Virus record (IMG/VR): IMGVR_UViG_3300032243_000724
Coordinates: 1 to 40,313 of that record
DNA: 40,313 nt
DNA from: a virus
Taxonomy: Duplodnaviria; Caudoviricetes
Direction: 5' to 3' (one strand)
The first letter of the stretch is position 1. Every line of letters starts with the position of its first letter. A program made the translations under genes and the position numbers. A model generated the notes under the pieces. It was not told the origin of the DNA and did no database searches. It worked only from the letters and a program-made list of their open reading frames with translations. Positions 20,221-31,744 of the stretch are shown one piece after another.

Positions 20221-21504
20221 ATGTTTTACATTATTGAGAAATCATCTCAACTATCACAATTATCATTTGAGGATTGTTTTGTTAGGTTCATTCCTTTCAA
20301 CAATAATTTTCATCCCGCACTTACTGAATTAAGTTTAGTCTATGTTAGACCACTTGATAGTAAGAAAGGGTACATACTGTGTTTAAATCATAACGAATCA
20401 CTTTCATTAAATAAAGATGAAGTATTTGATTGGTTAAATGGTTTAGGTAAAATATGGGTATTAGATAAAAAACAAGCATTACATCATTACTATTCAGATA
20501 AATTATTCGACGTAAATTTCCTCGAACCTGTTGACATAAAATCGTTAGACAACGCGTGCATTAGCTACTACTATAGCAAGCACAATGCGTTGCCTAACGT
20601 TAACTGTTTAATTCCAATTAGTAAGCATTACGAAATATGTGAGGCAATATTCAACATGGCGCTGCCTATTATCAAACAATATACACTAAGCGACACAACG
20701 TTTCAATTTAACAATTTTCGCACAGCAAATGTGTTTTATAATATCGAAATCAGCGGCATTAAGGTCGATAAAAACTGCTTTATTGAGCATTACCAGGGGA
20801 AGTTAATAAATCCTCAATTCAATTTAAATCGCAGTAAAATATACACTCAATACAATTTATATACAACCACGTCCCGCCCATCTAACACGTTTAATAGCAT
20901 TAATTTTGCAGCATTAAATAAAGATAATAGCGAGCGTATGTGTTATCGTCCAGAAAACGATAAATTTATCGAATTAGATTTTCAGGGGTATCATCCGCGA
21001 TTAATTGGTGAGATGATTGGATTTGATTTTCCTAAAGATAAAAACACATACGATGTATTAGGTGAATTGTTAGGCGTAACACAGCAAGAGGCTAAAGAAT
21101 TAACATTCAAACAGTTGTATGGTGGTGTTTGGTCTGAATATCGTGATAAGCCATTTTTTAAAGATGTGCTTAGATACACAGATGATATATGGGATACGTA
21201 CCAATACGGAAAGCGTTTAGTGACTGAGAATAAAATATTTATAAATGACGCTGAGATGACTCGATCAAAGTTATTTAATTATATAGTTCAAAGTAAAGAA
21301 ACATCAACCAATGTTAATTTACTAAAATTAGTATTTGATAAATTAGAAGGTAAAAAAACAAAATTAGTATTGTATACTTACGATGCGTTTTTATTTGATT
21401 ATAGCAACGAAGATAAAGGTTTAATCCAAGAAATAGTTAATATATTGGATTATCCCGTCAATATTAAACAAGGTAAAACGTATCATGGTTTGGAGAAACT
21501 ATAA
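20221..21504 (+). CDS. Divergent family A DNA polymerase-like protein
   Basis: TTTSRPSN...NFAALNK; motif A IELDFQGYHPRL; motif B AKELTFKQLYGG; motif C LYTYDAFLFD. Confidence 0.75.
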   Translation: MFYIIEKSSQLSQLSFEDCFVRFIPFNNNFHPALTELSLVYVRPLDSKKGYILCLNHNESLSLNKDEVFDWLNGLGKIWVLDKKQALHHYYSDKLFDVNFLEPVDIKSLDNACISYYYSKHNALPNVNCLIPISKHYEICEAIFNMALPIIKQYTLSDTTFQFNNFRTANVFYNIEISGIKVDKNCFIEHYQGKLINPQFNLNRSKIYTQYNLYTTTSRPSNTFNSINFAALNKDNSERMCYRPENDKFIELDFQGYHPRLIGEMIGFDFPKDKNTYDVLGELLGVTQQEAKELTFKQLYGGVWSEYRDKPFFKDVLRYTDDIWDTYQYGKRLVTENKIFINDAEMTRSKLFNYIVQSKETSTNVNLLKLVFDKLEGKKTKLVLYTYDAFLFDYSNEDKGLIQEIVNILDYPVNIKQGKTYHGLEKL

Positions 21505-21513
21505 ATATTTATT

Positions 21514-21927
21514 ATGGAACAAACTATACTAGATTTGAACAAGCTTTTCTGTACATTCACATCCCCAGTGGATTTGGAAGAAACAGTAAACACAATAAAT
21601 CGCCGTTACGCCATTCTATTCAATAAGATTTTCATCTTAGAATCTCCACAAAGCGATGAATTAATGTGTACTTATAATATTGACTCGGGCAACACAACAG
21701 ATGCACCGATGGCTAATACTATCTTATTACATCGCAAGAAGGAAACTAACTCGTTATATACCATCAACGCTTTAAATACACTTATCAAAACATTGAACAA
21801 TGGTTATTTAGATAAGAATTTTATGGTTGAGTGGAACAATTACAAAAATTGTATATTACTTACAGACGGGCCTAATCTACGCAAATTAGATACAGCAATA
21901 CATAAAATTATAGACTTTAGTAAGTAA
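21514..21927 (+). CDS. Hypothetical protein
   Basis: Clean 137-aa ORF preceded by ATATTTAT. Confidence 0.7.
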   Translation: MEQTILDLNKLFCTFTSPVDLEETVNTINRRYAILFNKIFILESPQSDELMCTYNIDSGNTTDAPMANTILLHRKKETNSLYTINALNTLIKTLNNGYLDKNFMVEWNNYKNCILLTDGPNLRKLDTAIHKIIDFSK

Positions 21928-21928
21928 T

Positions 21929-21960
21929 TTTGGCTGTCAGGTTTTAAGATCGTATATTCA
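21929..21960 (+). promoter_or_regulatory. Bacteroidota-type promoter-like element
   Basis: TTTG (21929-21932) - 20 nt - TATATTCA (21953-21960). Confidence 0.65.
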
Positions 21961-21981
21961 AGTTTAAACAAAAAATAAGTT

Positions 21982-22803
21982 ATGGATTTATCATTCGTAA
22001 AGCAGAAGCTTGAGGCTAATGCTAACAAATCAGCAGGTCGTGAAAAAATCGACTACACAAAAATTTTCTGGAAACCAAAACCAGGTAAGTACCAAATCAG
22101 AATTATCCCGAACTCATTCCGTAAAGAATGGCCGTTACGTGAAATTCAAATGCACTATGGCTTCTCAAAAGGACCAATTTTAGCTCTAAACAATTGGGGC
22201 GAAGAGGATCCAATCACTGATTTCGCTAAGAAATTGCGCAAATCAGCTGATAAAGACGATTGGCAATTAGCTAACAAAATCTCTCCTAAAACACGTTATT
22301 TTGCTCCAGTAATCGTTCGCGGTGAAGAGAGTATGGGTGTTCGTTTATGGGAAGTAGGTAAGTTAGTAAATGACCAATTAATGGGAATTGCTTCAGATGA
22401 AGATTATGGTGACTTTACAGACATTACAGACGGTAGAGACTTTACAGTTGAAGCGATCGAAGATGTTATTGCAGGAAGAAAAGGTATTAAATGTACTCTT
22501 CGTATTAAACCTAAAACATCTCCTATTTCTGAAGATTCAGCATTAGTAGGTAAGGCTTTAAGCGAGCAACCAGACATTTTAGCTATTAATCGTAAGTATA
22601 CTTATGATCAATTGAAAGATGTATTACAAAAATGGTTGAACCCTGAAGAGGAAACTACAACAGAATCAACTCCAACAGTAGCCGCTACTGATGATGAAGA
22701 TGATTTTTTGAAGGACATTAATGCTCCAATTCAACCTTACTCTTTAGATGTAAAACCTAAAGAAACAGCAACAGACAAATTTGATTCACTCTTCAATGAC
22801 TAA
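21982..22803 (+). CDS. Single-stranded DNA-binding protein (T4 gp32-like)
   Basis: FWKP..G...IRI.P, DPI, V.LWE.GK, D.TD...GRD; acidic tail ending FDSLFND; next to the recombinase. Confidence 0.82.
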   Translation: MDLSFVKQKLEANANKSAGREKIDYTKIFWKPKPGKYQIRIIPNSFRKEWPLREIQMHYGFSKGPILALNNWGEEDPITDFAKKLRKSADKDDWQLANKISPKTRYFAPVIVRGEESMGVRLWEVGKLVNDQLMGIASDEDYGDFTDITDGRDFTVEAIEDVIAGRKGIKCTLRIKPKTSPISEDSALVGKALSEQPDILAINRKYTYDQLKDVLQKWLNPEEETTTESTPTVAATDDEDDFLKDINAPIQPYSLDVKPKETATDKFDSLFND

Positions 22804-22805
22804 AA

Positions 22806-23912
22806 ATGGCAACGTCCAAAGAAAAAAACTTAACATCAGTAGTATCTGAATCGTTAAAAAAATCCTTTGATATTAATGCATACAAGAAATCTAAATTCTT
22901 GGATGAAACAACTAAATTCAAAGAGCAGAAGTGGATTCCATTCTCTCCTGCAGTTCGAGATGCATTATCTATTCCTGGTATTCCTATGGGCCATGTTGCT
23001 ATTGCTAGAGGAGGCTCTGACACTGGTAAAACTACATTAATGATTGAAACAGCAGTTAATGCCCAAAAAATGGGCATACTGCCTGTATTCATCATTACTG
23101 AGATGAAGTGGGACTTTGCTCACGCTCAAACAATGGGATTAGAATTAGATGCTGTTCCTGACGAAGAAACAGGCGAAGTAATTAACTATAAAGGATTCTT
23201 CATTTATGTTGATAGATCATCTTTAAATACAATTGAAGATGTTTCTGCTTTTATAGCTGATACTTTAAATGATCAAGCTAAAGGTAAATTACCTTATGAC
23301 TTGTTATTCTTATGGGATTCAGTAGGTTCTATTCCGTGTGAAATGAGTGTTAAACAAGGTAACAACAATCCTATGTGGAATGCTGGTGCTATGGCTACTC
23401 AGTTTGGTAACTTTATCAACCAACAATTTCCGTTATCACGTAAGGAAAAATACCCTTACACAAATACATTCTTTGTAATTAATAAGACAGGTGTTCAACC
23501 AGCTTTAACGCCTATGTCTCAACCAAGAATGACAAATAAAGGTGGTAATGCAATGTATTGGGATGCTTCACTCGTTATTACATTTGGTAATGTAACTAAT
23601 AGTGGTACATCTAAAATCAAAGCAGTTAAAAACGGAAAAAATGTTGAGTTTGCAAAGCGTACTAAAATAGCAATTGACAAAATTCACGCTGACTGTGGTG
23701 TTGCAACCTCATCAACTGTAGTTGCTACTCCTCATGGATTTATTTCAGATGAGGATAATGCAATTAAAGCTTATAAGAAACAACACGCTAACCAGTGGTT
23801 TGAAGGACTGACCAATGTAGATGATTTACAAATTGTAGAAGATAATAGCGAATGGGATGAAAGTAGCAAAATATCTCCTATGATAGAAATAGATAACAAC
23901 AATGCAGAATAA
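22806..23912 (+). CDS. uvsX: RecA/UvsX-like recombinase
   Basis: GIPMG....RGGSDTGKTT (Walker A), TE.K.D, LWDSVGS (Walker B), FVIN, GG.A..W.AS. Confidence 0.88.
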   Translation: MATSKEKNLTSVVSESLKKSFDINAYKKSKFLDETTKFKEQKWIPFSPAVRDALSIPGIPMGHVAIARGGSDTGKTTLMIETAVNAQKMGILPVFIITEMKWDFAHAQTMGLELDAVPDEETGEVINYKGFFIYVDRSSLNTIEDVSAFIADTLNDQAKGKLPYDLLFLWDSVGSIPCEMSVKQGNNNPMWNAGAMATQFGNFINQQFPLSRKEKYPYTNTFFVINKTGVQPALTPMSQPRMTNKGGNAMYWDASLVITFGNVTNSGTSKIKAVKNGKNVEFAKRTKIAIDKIHADCGVATSSTVVATPHGFISDEDNAIKAYKKQHANQWFEGLTNVDDLQIVEDNSEWDESSKISPMIEIDNNNAE

Positions 23913-24927
23913 ATACTTTGATTTAATTTCAAGTATTCAACCTGACAAACGCACTTCACTTAATTCAATTTTAATCATAGACGGTCTCAACGCATTTTTG
24001 AGATCGTTTACTATGATTAATCATCTAAATAGTAACGGCCAACATATTGGCGGTTTAACTGGCTTTTTAAAGTCAATTGGTTATGCAATCAAGATGCTTA
24101 GCCCAACAAAAGTAGTAATTGTATTTGATGGCGTCGGAGGTTCGAGTGCTAGACGAAACTTATTTCCTGACTATAAGGCTAATCGTAATGCTAATCGCAT
24201 GACGAACTATTCCATATTCCAATCTAAAGAAGAGGAATCGGAAAGTATAAACAACCAAATGCAACGTTTAATACTGTATTTGAAATGTTTACCCGTTACT
24301 GTTATTAGCATTGATGGATTGGAGGCAGATGATATTATTGGTTATTTAGCTCATAAATTTGAGAATTTCCCTGAAACGCAAGAAATAAACATTATGTCTG
24401 CTGATCAGGATTTCTTACAGTTAGTGTCGCCTAAAACATCAGTATACTCGCCTACTAAAAAGAAAATATATAAACCAAAAGATGTATTTGAACAGTTTGG
24501 TGTTAACGCTGCTAATTATATCAATTACAAAATATTATTAGGCGATAAATCAGATAATATTCCAGGAGTTACTGGGTTAGGCCCAGTAAAGTTAGTAAAA
24601 TTATTCCCAGAGTTAACAGGCAATAATTTAGTTACATTAGATAGCATGATTGAAAAATCAGCTGAATTAGTCAATGAAAATAAATTATATTTGTCTGTAA
24701 TAGAGAGAAGACATCAACTGTATATTAATAAACAATTAATGAATTTAACAGGTGATTTCTTATCACCAGAGAATAGATTATTAGTGAAACAAGCATTTGC
24801 AGAATCTTATGAATTAAATAAATACCTGTTTCATCAAATATATGTGAACGATAAATTAGGAGAAAGTATACCAAATGTAGAAAACTGGTTAAATGAAGTT
24901 TTTGGGTATCTCAATTCTTTTAATTAA
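23902..24927 (+). CDS. 5'-3' exonuclease / flap endonuclease (T4 RNase H-like)
   Basis: LIIDGLN, VFDG.GG...R...FPDYKANR, EADDII, SADQDFLQL, GDKSDNIPGV.GLG. Confidence 0.93.
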   Translation: MQNKYFDLISSIQPDKRTSLNSILIIDGLNAFLRSFTMINHLNSNGQHIGGLTGFLKSIGYAIKMLSPTKVVIVFDGVGGSSARRNLFPDYKANRNANRMTNYSIFQSKEEESESINNQMQRLILYLKCLPVTVISIDGLEADDIIGYLAHKFENFPETQEINIMSADQDFLQLVSPKTSVYSPTKKKIYKPKDVFEQFGVNAANYINYKILLGDKSDNIPGVTGLGPVKLVKLFPELTGNNLVTLDSMIEKSAELVNENKLYLSVIERRHQLYINKQLMNLTGDFLSPENRLLVKQAFAESYELNKYLFHQIYVNDKLGESIPNVENWLNEVFGYLNSFN

Positions 24928-24932
24928 ATTTA
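24901..24932 (+). promoter_or_regulatory. Bacteroidota-type promoter-like element
   Basis: TTTG (24901-24904) - 20 nt - TAAATTTA (24925-24932). Confidence 0.55.
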
Positions 24933-24943
24933 TAAAATAAGTT

Positions 24944-26326
24944 ATGACAACATTACAGAAATTACAAGCATACGGACCACAGTTCCAAACTAAAGTAATT
25001 GGAGCATTATTAACACAAAAGAATTTCTTAGTTAATGTATCCGATTCGCTTGAAAAGGAATATTTTGAAAATCAATCCAATCAATGGATTATAGGTGAGG
25101 TACAAAAATACTTCAATCATTATCACACTGTACCTACAATGGAGGTACTATCAACTGAAGTAAAGAAAATTGATAATGATGTATTAAAAATTGCTATTAC
25201 AGAGGCGTTAAGAGAATCATATAAAGAATCACAAGCAAGTGATTTAGAATGGGTAGAGGCTGAGTTTACTTCGTTCTGTAAGAACCAACAAATGAAAAAA
25301 GCAATCATGACTTCAGTTGATTTGCTTAATATGGGAGATTATGATGGTATTAGATCACTAATTAATGGTGCTTTAAAATCAGGTGAAGATAAAAACATAG
25401 GACACGAGTACGATAAAGATGTAGAATCTAGATATAGAGAAGATGATAGAAACCCAATACCATTTCCTTGGCCTGTATTTAATAATTTGACACAGGGTGG
25501 GATGGGTAAAGGTGATTTAGTATTAGTGTTTGGTAATCCTGGAGGTGGTAAAACATGGGCCGCTATCGATATTGGAGCTTATGCTGCAGCAATGGGTTTT
25601 AATGTAGTACATTATTCATTAGAATTAGCTGAAGGCTATGTAGGTAAAAGATACGATGCTGTATTTACAGGAATACCTGTTGATCAGTTAGATAAACACA
25701 GACCTAAAGTAGAGGAAACAGTAGCTAAAATTAAGGGTAAAGTAGTAATTAAAGAATATCCACCTAAGCGAGCATCATTTGATACAATAAATGCTCACCT
25801 ACAACAACTAGAATTTCAACACGACTTTAAACCAGATTTAATAATTATCGATTATTTAGATTATGTTAAAAGCTCATCTCGTAATAAAAGCGGAGAACGT
25901 AAAGAGGAAATTGATGATGTTTACGTTGGAGCTAAAGCATTAGCTAAAGAATTAGGAATACCAGTACTATCTCCATCACAAGCAAATAGAGGTGCTGCTA
26001 AAAGCAGTATTATTGAGGGAGATAATGCAGCAGGTTCATATGAAAAGATAATGATTGGAGATATAATTATATCCTTATCTCGTATGAAGAAGGATAAGGT
26101 AAATGGAACTGGTCGTTGGCACTTTATGAAAAATAGATATGGAGCAGACGGATTAACATTCGGTTCCAAAATAGATACGTCAAACGGAAAAATAGATATA
26201 TACGAAACACCATTGGATGATGATGAAGATGAAGGAAATAGACCTGTAAACGCTTATAGTAGCGTAAACACAGACGATAGAGATTATCTTCAACAAAAGT
26301 TTTTTGAACTTAATGGAGGCCAATAG
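24944..26326 (+). CDS. DnaB-like replicative helicase (T4 gp41-like)
   Basis: GNPGGGKT, YSLEL, IKEYP, IIDYLD, SQANR, KNRYG. Confidence 0.93.
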   Translation: MTTLQKLQAYGPQFQTKVIGALLTQKNFLVNVSDSLEKEYFENQSNQWIIGEVQKYFNHYHTVPTMEVLSTEVKKIDNDVLKIAITEALRESYKESQASDLEWVEAEFTSFCKNQQMKKAIMTSVDLLNMGDYDGIRSLINGALKSGEDKNIGHEYDKDVESRYREDDRNPIPFPWPVFNNLTQGGMGKGDLVLVFGNPGGGKTWAAIDIGAYAAAMGFNVVHYSLELAEGYVGKRYDAVFTGIPVDQLDKHRPKVEETVAKIKGKVVIKEYPPKRASFDTINAHLQQLEFQHDFKPDLIIIDYLDYVKSSSRNKSGERKEEIDDVYVGAKALAKELGIPVLSPSQANRGAAKSSIIEGDNAAGSYEKIMIGDIIISLSRMKKDKVNGTGRWHFMKNRYGADGLTFGSKIDTSNGKIDIYETPLDDDEDEGNRPVNAYSSVNTDDRDYLQQKFFELNGGQ

Positions 26327-26361
26327 TATATACTATATTTATAACTACAACAATAAAATTT

Positions 26362-26622
26362 ATGATAAAAATTAAAAGATACACTGCGCAGTGGTGTCAA
26401 CCCTGCAAGCAGTTAGCCCCGGTATTTACACAATTAGAAGCATCCTTCCCAAATGTTATATTTGAGACAATAGATGTAGATGAAGATAAAGAATCGGCAC
26501 AAGAAAATTTTGTAACTAGTATTCCTACAGTTATATTTGAAAAAGACGGATTAGCAAAACAACGTTTTGTAGGAGTCCAACCCAAGTCTATGTATGTAGA
26601 CACTATTAATTCACTGATTTAA
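26362..26622 (+). CDS. trxA: Thioredoxin
   Basis: AQWCQPCKQLAP, IDVDE, SIPT. Confidence 0.92.
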   Translation: MIKIKRYTAQWCQPCKQLAPVFTQLEASFPNVIFETIDVDEDKESAQENFVTSIPTVIFEKDGLAKQRFVGVQPKSMYVDTINSLI

Positions 26623-26635
26623 AAAAACACCAAAA

Positions 26636-28862
<2,227 letters not shown>

Positions 28863-28873
<11 letters not shown>

Positions 28874-29069
28874 TATAGAACTTATCTTAATGATTATAGG
28901 TATATTAATACTAACAGTTATGTTGTTTGGATATCCAACAATGTTGTTATGGAATTGGTTGATGCCTACAATATTTAATTTACCTTACATTGGGTTTTGG
29001 CAAGCATGTGGAATTAACTTATTGGCTTCGATATTATTTAAACCAACAATCAATATAAAAAAAGACTAA
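28863..29069 (+). CDS. Small membrane protein
   Basis: Hydrophobic; MLLWNWLMP.IF.LP.I.FWQA.G. Confidence 0.7.
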
Positions 29070-29070
29070 T

Positions 29071-29529
29071 ATGTTTCAATCAACAAAACTATTTGACGGA
29101 TTTAGTTGTGTATTTCGTCAATGGAAAGCAGAAGGTACACATTGTAAATTTCTTCATGGGTATGGAATATCATTTAGAGTATGGTTTGAAGGTGAATTAG
29201 ATGAACGTAATTGGGTTTGGGATTTTGGAGGTATGAAACGTGCTAAAGGTAATATTGATGGTAAAAATCCTAAAGAGTGGATGGACTACATGTTTGATCA
29301 TACTACATTAGTTGCTACTGATGATCCAGGTATTGGTGGGTTTAGAACAATGAATCAATTAGGTATTATTCAACTTAGAGAATTAGAAGCAGTTGGTGCT
29401 GAGCAGTTTGCTAAATATATTTTTGAAAAATTGAATACATTTGTTCAAGAAGAAACAGAAAATAGAGTAAAAGTAGCAAGAGTAGAATTTATGGAAAATA
29501 GTAAAAACACAGCTATATATGAAGGTTAG
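29071..29529 (+). CDS. queD: 6-carboxytetrahydropterin synthase (QueD/PTPS family)
   Basis: FRQW.A..THC.FLHGY, LDE.NWV.DFGG.K, FDHT, G.E.FA, E...N.A.Y. Confidence 0.88.
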   Translation: MFQSTKLFDGFSCVFRQWKAEGTHCKFLHGYGISFRVWFEGELDERNWVWDFGGMKRAKGNIDGKNPKEWMDYMFDHTTLVATDDPGIGGFRTMNQLGIIQLRELEAVGAEQFAKYIFEKLNTFVQEETENRVKVARVEFMENSKNTAIYEG

Positions 29530-30304
29530 TCATGAGTTACCTCTTAGTTTAATGCATAACGCATATAAATGGAATGATTATGATTATTGTCTCCCTCACT
29601 TAATAGACAAATACGAACAATATAGATTGTTCTTTCAAAAAGCTCGTTTAGATAAACGTTTCATTATTATGGATAATGGGTTGTTTGAAGGAGTAACTCA
29701 CACAACAGAAGATTTATTAGATAAAATTAATTTAGTTCGTCCTAATGTATTTGTTGTTCCTGATGCTTGGAATGATGCTAATACAACTTTAGTAAATGCT
29801 AAAAGTTGGATAATTAATTATAAAAAAGGATTACCTGAAGGTGTTAATTTAATGGCTGTGTGTCAAGGTCAAGACATGACTGAATTAGCTACTACATATC
29901 AAACATTAGTTGATTTAGGATATACTCACATTGCATTTAACCATTCTAGCATTGCATATCAAAGTTTAGGTTATGAAGATTCATTAAAGAACCAAATGTA
30001 TGGTAGAATGGAGTTTATTAGACGTTTAGTTGCTAATAACTCTATTAGAAAAGATTTCCACCACCATTTATTAGGTTGTTCACTTCCACAAGAATTTATG
30101 TCATATGATGACTGGAATTTTATCAAATCAGTAGATACGTCTAATCCAATTTTAGTTGGAGCTGAAGGTATTCGTTATGCTGATAATGGTTTAACATTTA
30201 AACCAAAAGAAAAGTTAGAGTATTACTTTGAGATGAATTTGGAAGACAAATTAGAAGATATTATCTTCAATGTCAACAAGTTTAAATCGTTTATTAAGGG
30301 CTAA
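29519..30304 (+). CDS. dpdA: TGT-fold guanine transglycosylase-like protein (DpdA-like)
   Basis: IIMDNGLFE, VPD, AVCQG, HHLLG and SVDTS occur in the order of TGT/DpdA motifs; the gene lies between queD and queC. Subfamily not determined. Confidence 0.65.
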   Translation: MKVSHELPLSLMHNAYKWNDYDYCLPHLIDKYEQYRLFFQKARLDKRFIIMDNGLFEGVTHTTEDLLDKINLVRPNVFVVPDAWNDANTTLVNAKSWIINYKKGLPEGVNLMAVCQGQDMTELATTYQTLVDLGYTHIAFNHSSIAYQSLGYEDSLKNQMYGRMEFIRRLVANNSIRKDFHHHLLGCSLPQEFMSYDDWNFIKSVDTSNPILVGAEGIRYADNGLTFKPKEKLEYYFEMNLEDKLEDIIFNVNKFKSFIKG

Positions 30305-30341
30305 ACGAAAAAATACCGCCCACACTATTAAGTTATAAAAT

Positions 30342-31241
30342 ATGAAAAAAGCAGTATTATCACTGTCAGGTGGAATGGACAGCAGTTCATTATTGTTACA
30401 CCTATTAGCTAATGGCTATCAAGTAACAGCATTAGGTTTTGATTATGGTCAAAAGCACAAAGTAGAATTAGAACGTGCTACAGCATTAGTACAGTACATT
30501 AACGATGGTTATGATTCTGAAGCAGAAAATATACCATATCAAAAAGTAAACTTTCAAGTTATTAAATTAGATGGATTATCTAAATTATTAAATTCATCTC
30601 TAGTAACTGGTGGTGCTGATGTTCCAGAAGGACACTACGAACAAGACAACATGAAAGAAACAGTTGTACCTAATCGTAATAAAATTTTTGCTTCATTAAT
30701 TCAAGCAGTAGCATTATCAATCGCTACTACAGGTGATAAAAATGAAGTTGAAATTGCAATGGGTATTCACGCAGGTGATCATGCTATTTATCCTGATTGT
30801 AGACAAGAATTTAGAGATGCAGACATGGAAGCATTTAAAATTGGTAACTGGGATTCAGAATTAGTAACTGTTACTACTCCTTATCTTGAGTTAAATAAAT
30901 TTGATATCTTAGAGGACGGGCAAAGATCTTGTGATATCTTAGGTCTTGATTTTAATAAAGTATATAAGCGTACAAATACATCTTATAAACCAATTAAAAT
31001 TACTACTGAACATAAATGGTTTAAAACAGATGATGAAGGAAATTTTTATGGTGATGAACAAACAACACTAATAGAAAAATGGTATTCTGATTATAAATCA
31101 GCAGCATCAGTAGAACGTATTGAAGCATTTATTAAATTAGGACGTCCTGATCCTGTAGCATATGCTGACGAAACAGGACCAGTAACATGGGAAGTAGCTA
31201 AGGCTCATGTTGAAGCAGTATTAGCTGAACACAATTCGTAA
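30342..31241 (+). CDS. queC: 7-cyano-7-deazaguanine synthase
   Basis: SLSGGMDSS, FDYGQKH..E, VPNRN, GIHAGDHAIYPDCR.EF; lacks the C-terminal Cys cluster. Confidence 0.92.
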   Translation: MKKAVLSLSGGMDSSSLLLHLLANGYQVTALGFDYGQKHKVELERATALVQYINDGYDSEAENIPYQKVNFQVIKLDGLSKLLNSSLVTGGADVPEGHYEQDNMKETVVPNRNKIFASLIQAVALSIATTGDKNEVEIAMGIHAGDHAIYPDCRQEFRDADMEAFKIGNWDSELVTVTTPYLELNKFDILEDGQRSCDILGLDFNKVYKRTNTSYKPIKITTEHKWFKTDDEGNFYGDEQTTLIEKWYSDYKSAASVERIEAFIKLGRPDPVAYADETGPVTWEVAKAHVEAVLAEHNS

Positions 31242-31261
31242 ATAAAAACCCAAATATAGTT

Positions 31262-31498
31262 ATGAGTTATCAAACTAAAGTTCGTGCGAACTATTTAAAC
31301 CGCACAGCAAAATTGTCATTCTTTACTCACCGTCAAAAAACTGGTGATTTGACAAGATTATCTGAAGAGACAGGTTATTCAGTTAGCCATTTATCTAATG
31401 TAACTAACGGTGCACGTAGAGTAAATAATACAATTGCTAACGCAATGTATAATTTAACTAGCCGTAGAGTTAAAAACGCTGAATTTGCTCAAGCGTAA
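31262..31498 (+). CDS. Small basic helix-turn-helix-like DNA-binding protein
   Basis: GDLTRLSEETGYSVSHLSNVTNGARR resembles an XRE-type HTH. Confidence 0.65.
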   Translation: MSYQTKVRANYLNRTAKLSFFTHRQKTGDLTRLSEETGYSVSHLSNVTNGARRVNNTIANAMYNLTSRRVKNAEFAQA

Positions 31499-31508
31499 TT
31501 CGCAACCC

Positions 31509-31540
31509 AACATCCACCCCTAAAAAGGTGGATGTTTTTT
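31509..31540 (+). terminator. Intrinsic terminator
   Basis: AACATCCACC-cctaaaaa-GGTGGATGTT followed by TTTT. Confidence 0.8.
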
Positions 31541-31555
31541 ATTTACTATTAAAAC

Positions 31556-31744
31556 ATGGACAATATGAAATGTTTAAAAAATACAAAGACAGGCAACATT
31601 ATTAGAGTGTCTGATACTCAAGCCTATCAAATGGCTGGTTCACAATGGAAATATACTTCCAAAACAGAGTGGAAAGGGCAAGAAAGAGGTACTACTATTA
31701 CAGAAGAAAAATCAATTGAAAATGAGCAAAATAAATCCAAATAA
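31556..31744 (+). CDS. Hypothetical protein
   Basis: MKCLKN.KTG.I.RVSD..A......W.Y..K.EWK; A-rich leader. Confidence 0.65.
   Translation: MDNMKCLKNTKTGNIIRVSDTQAYQMAGSQWKYTSKTEWKGQERGTTITEEKSIENEQNKSK

Noticed and set aside
30305-30341. preQ1 riboswitch upstream of queC
   Set aside because: The 37-nt spacer lacks the characteristic stem, loop consensus and pseudoknot-forming tail.
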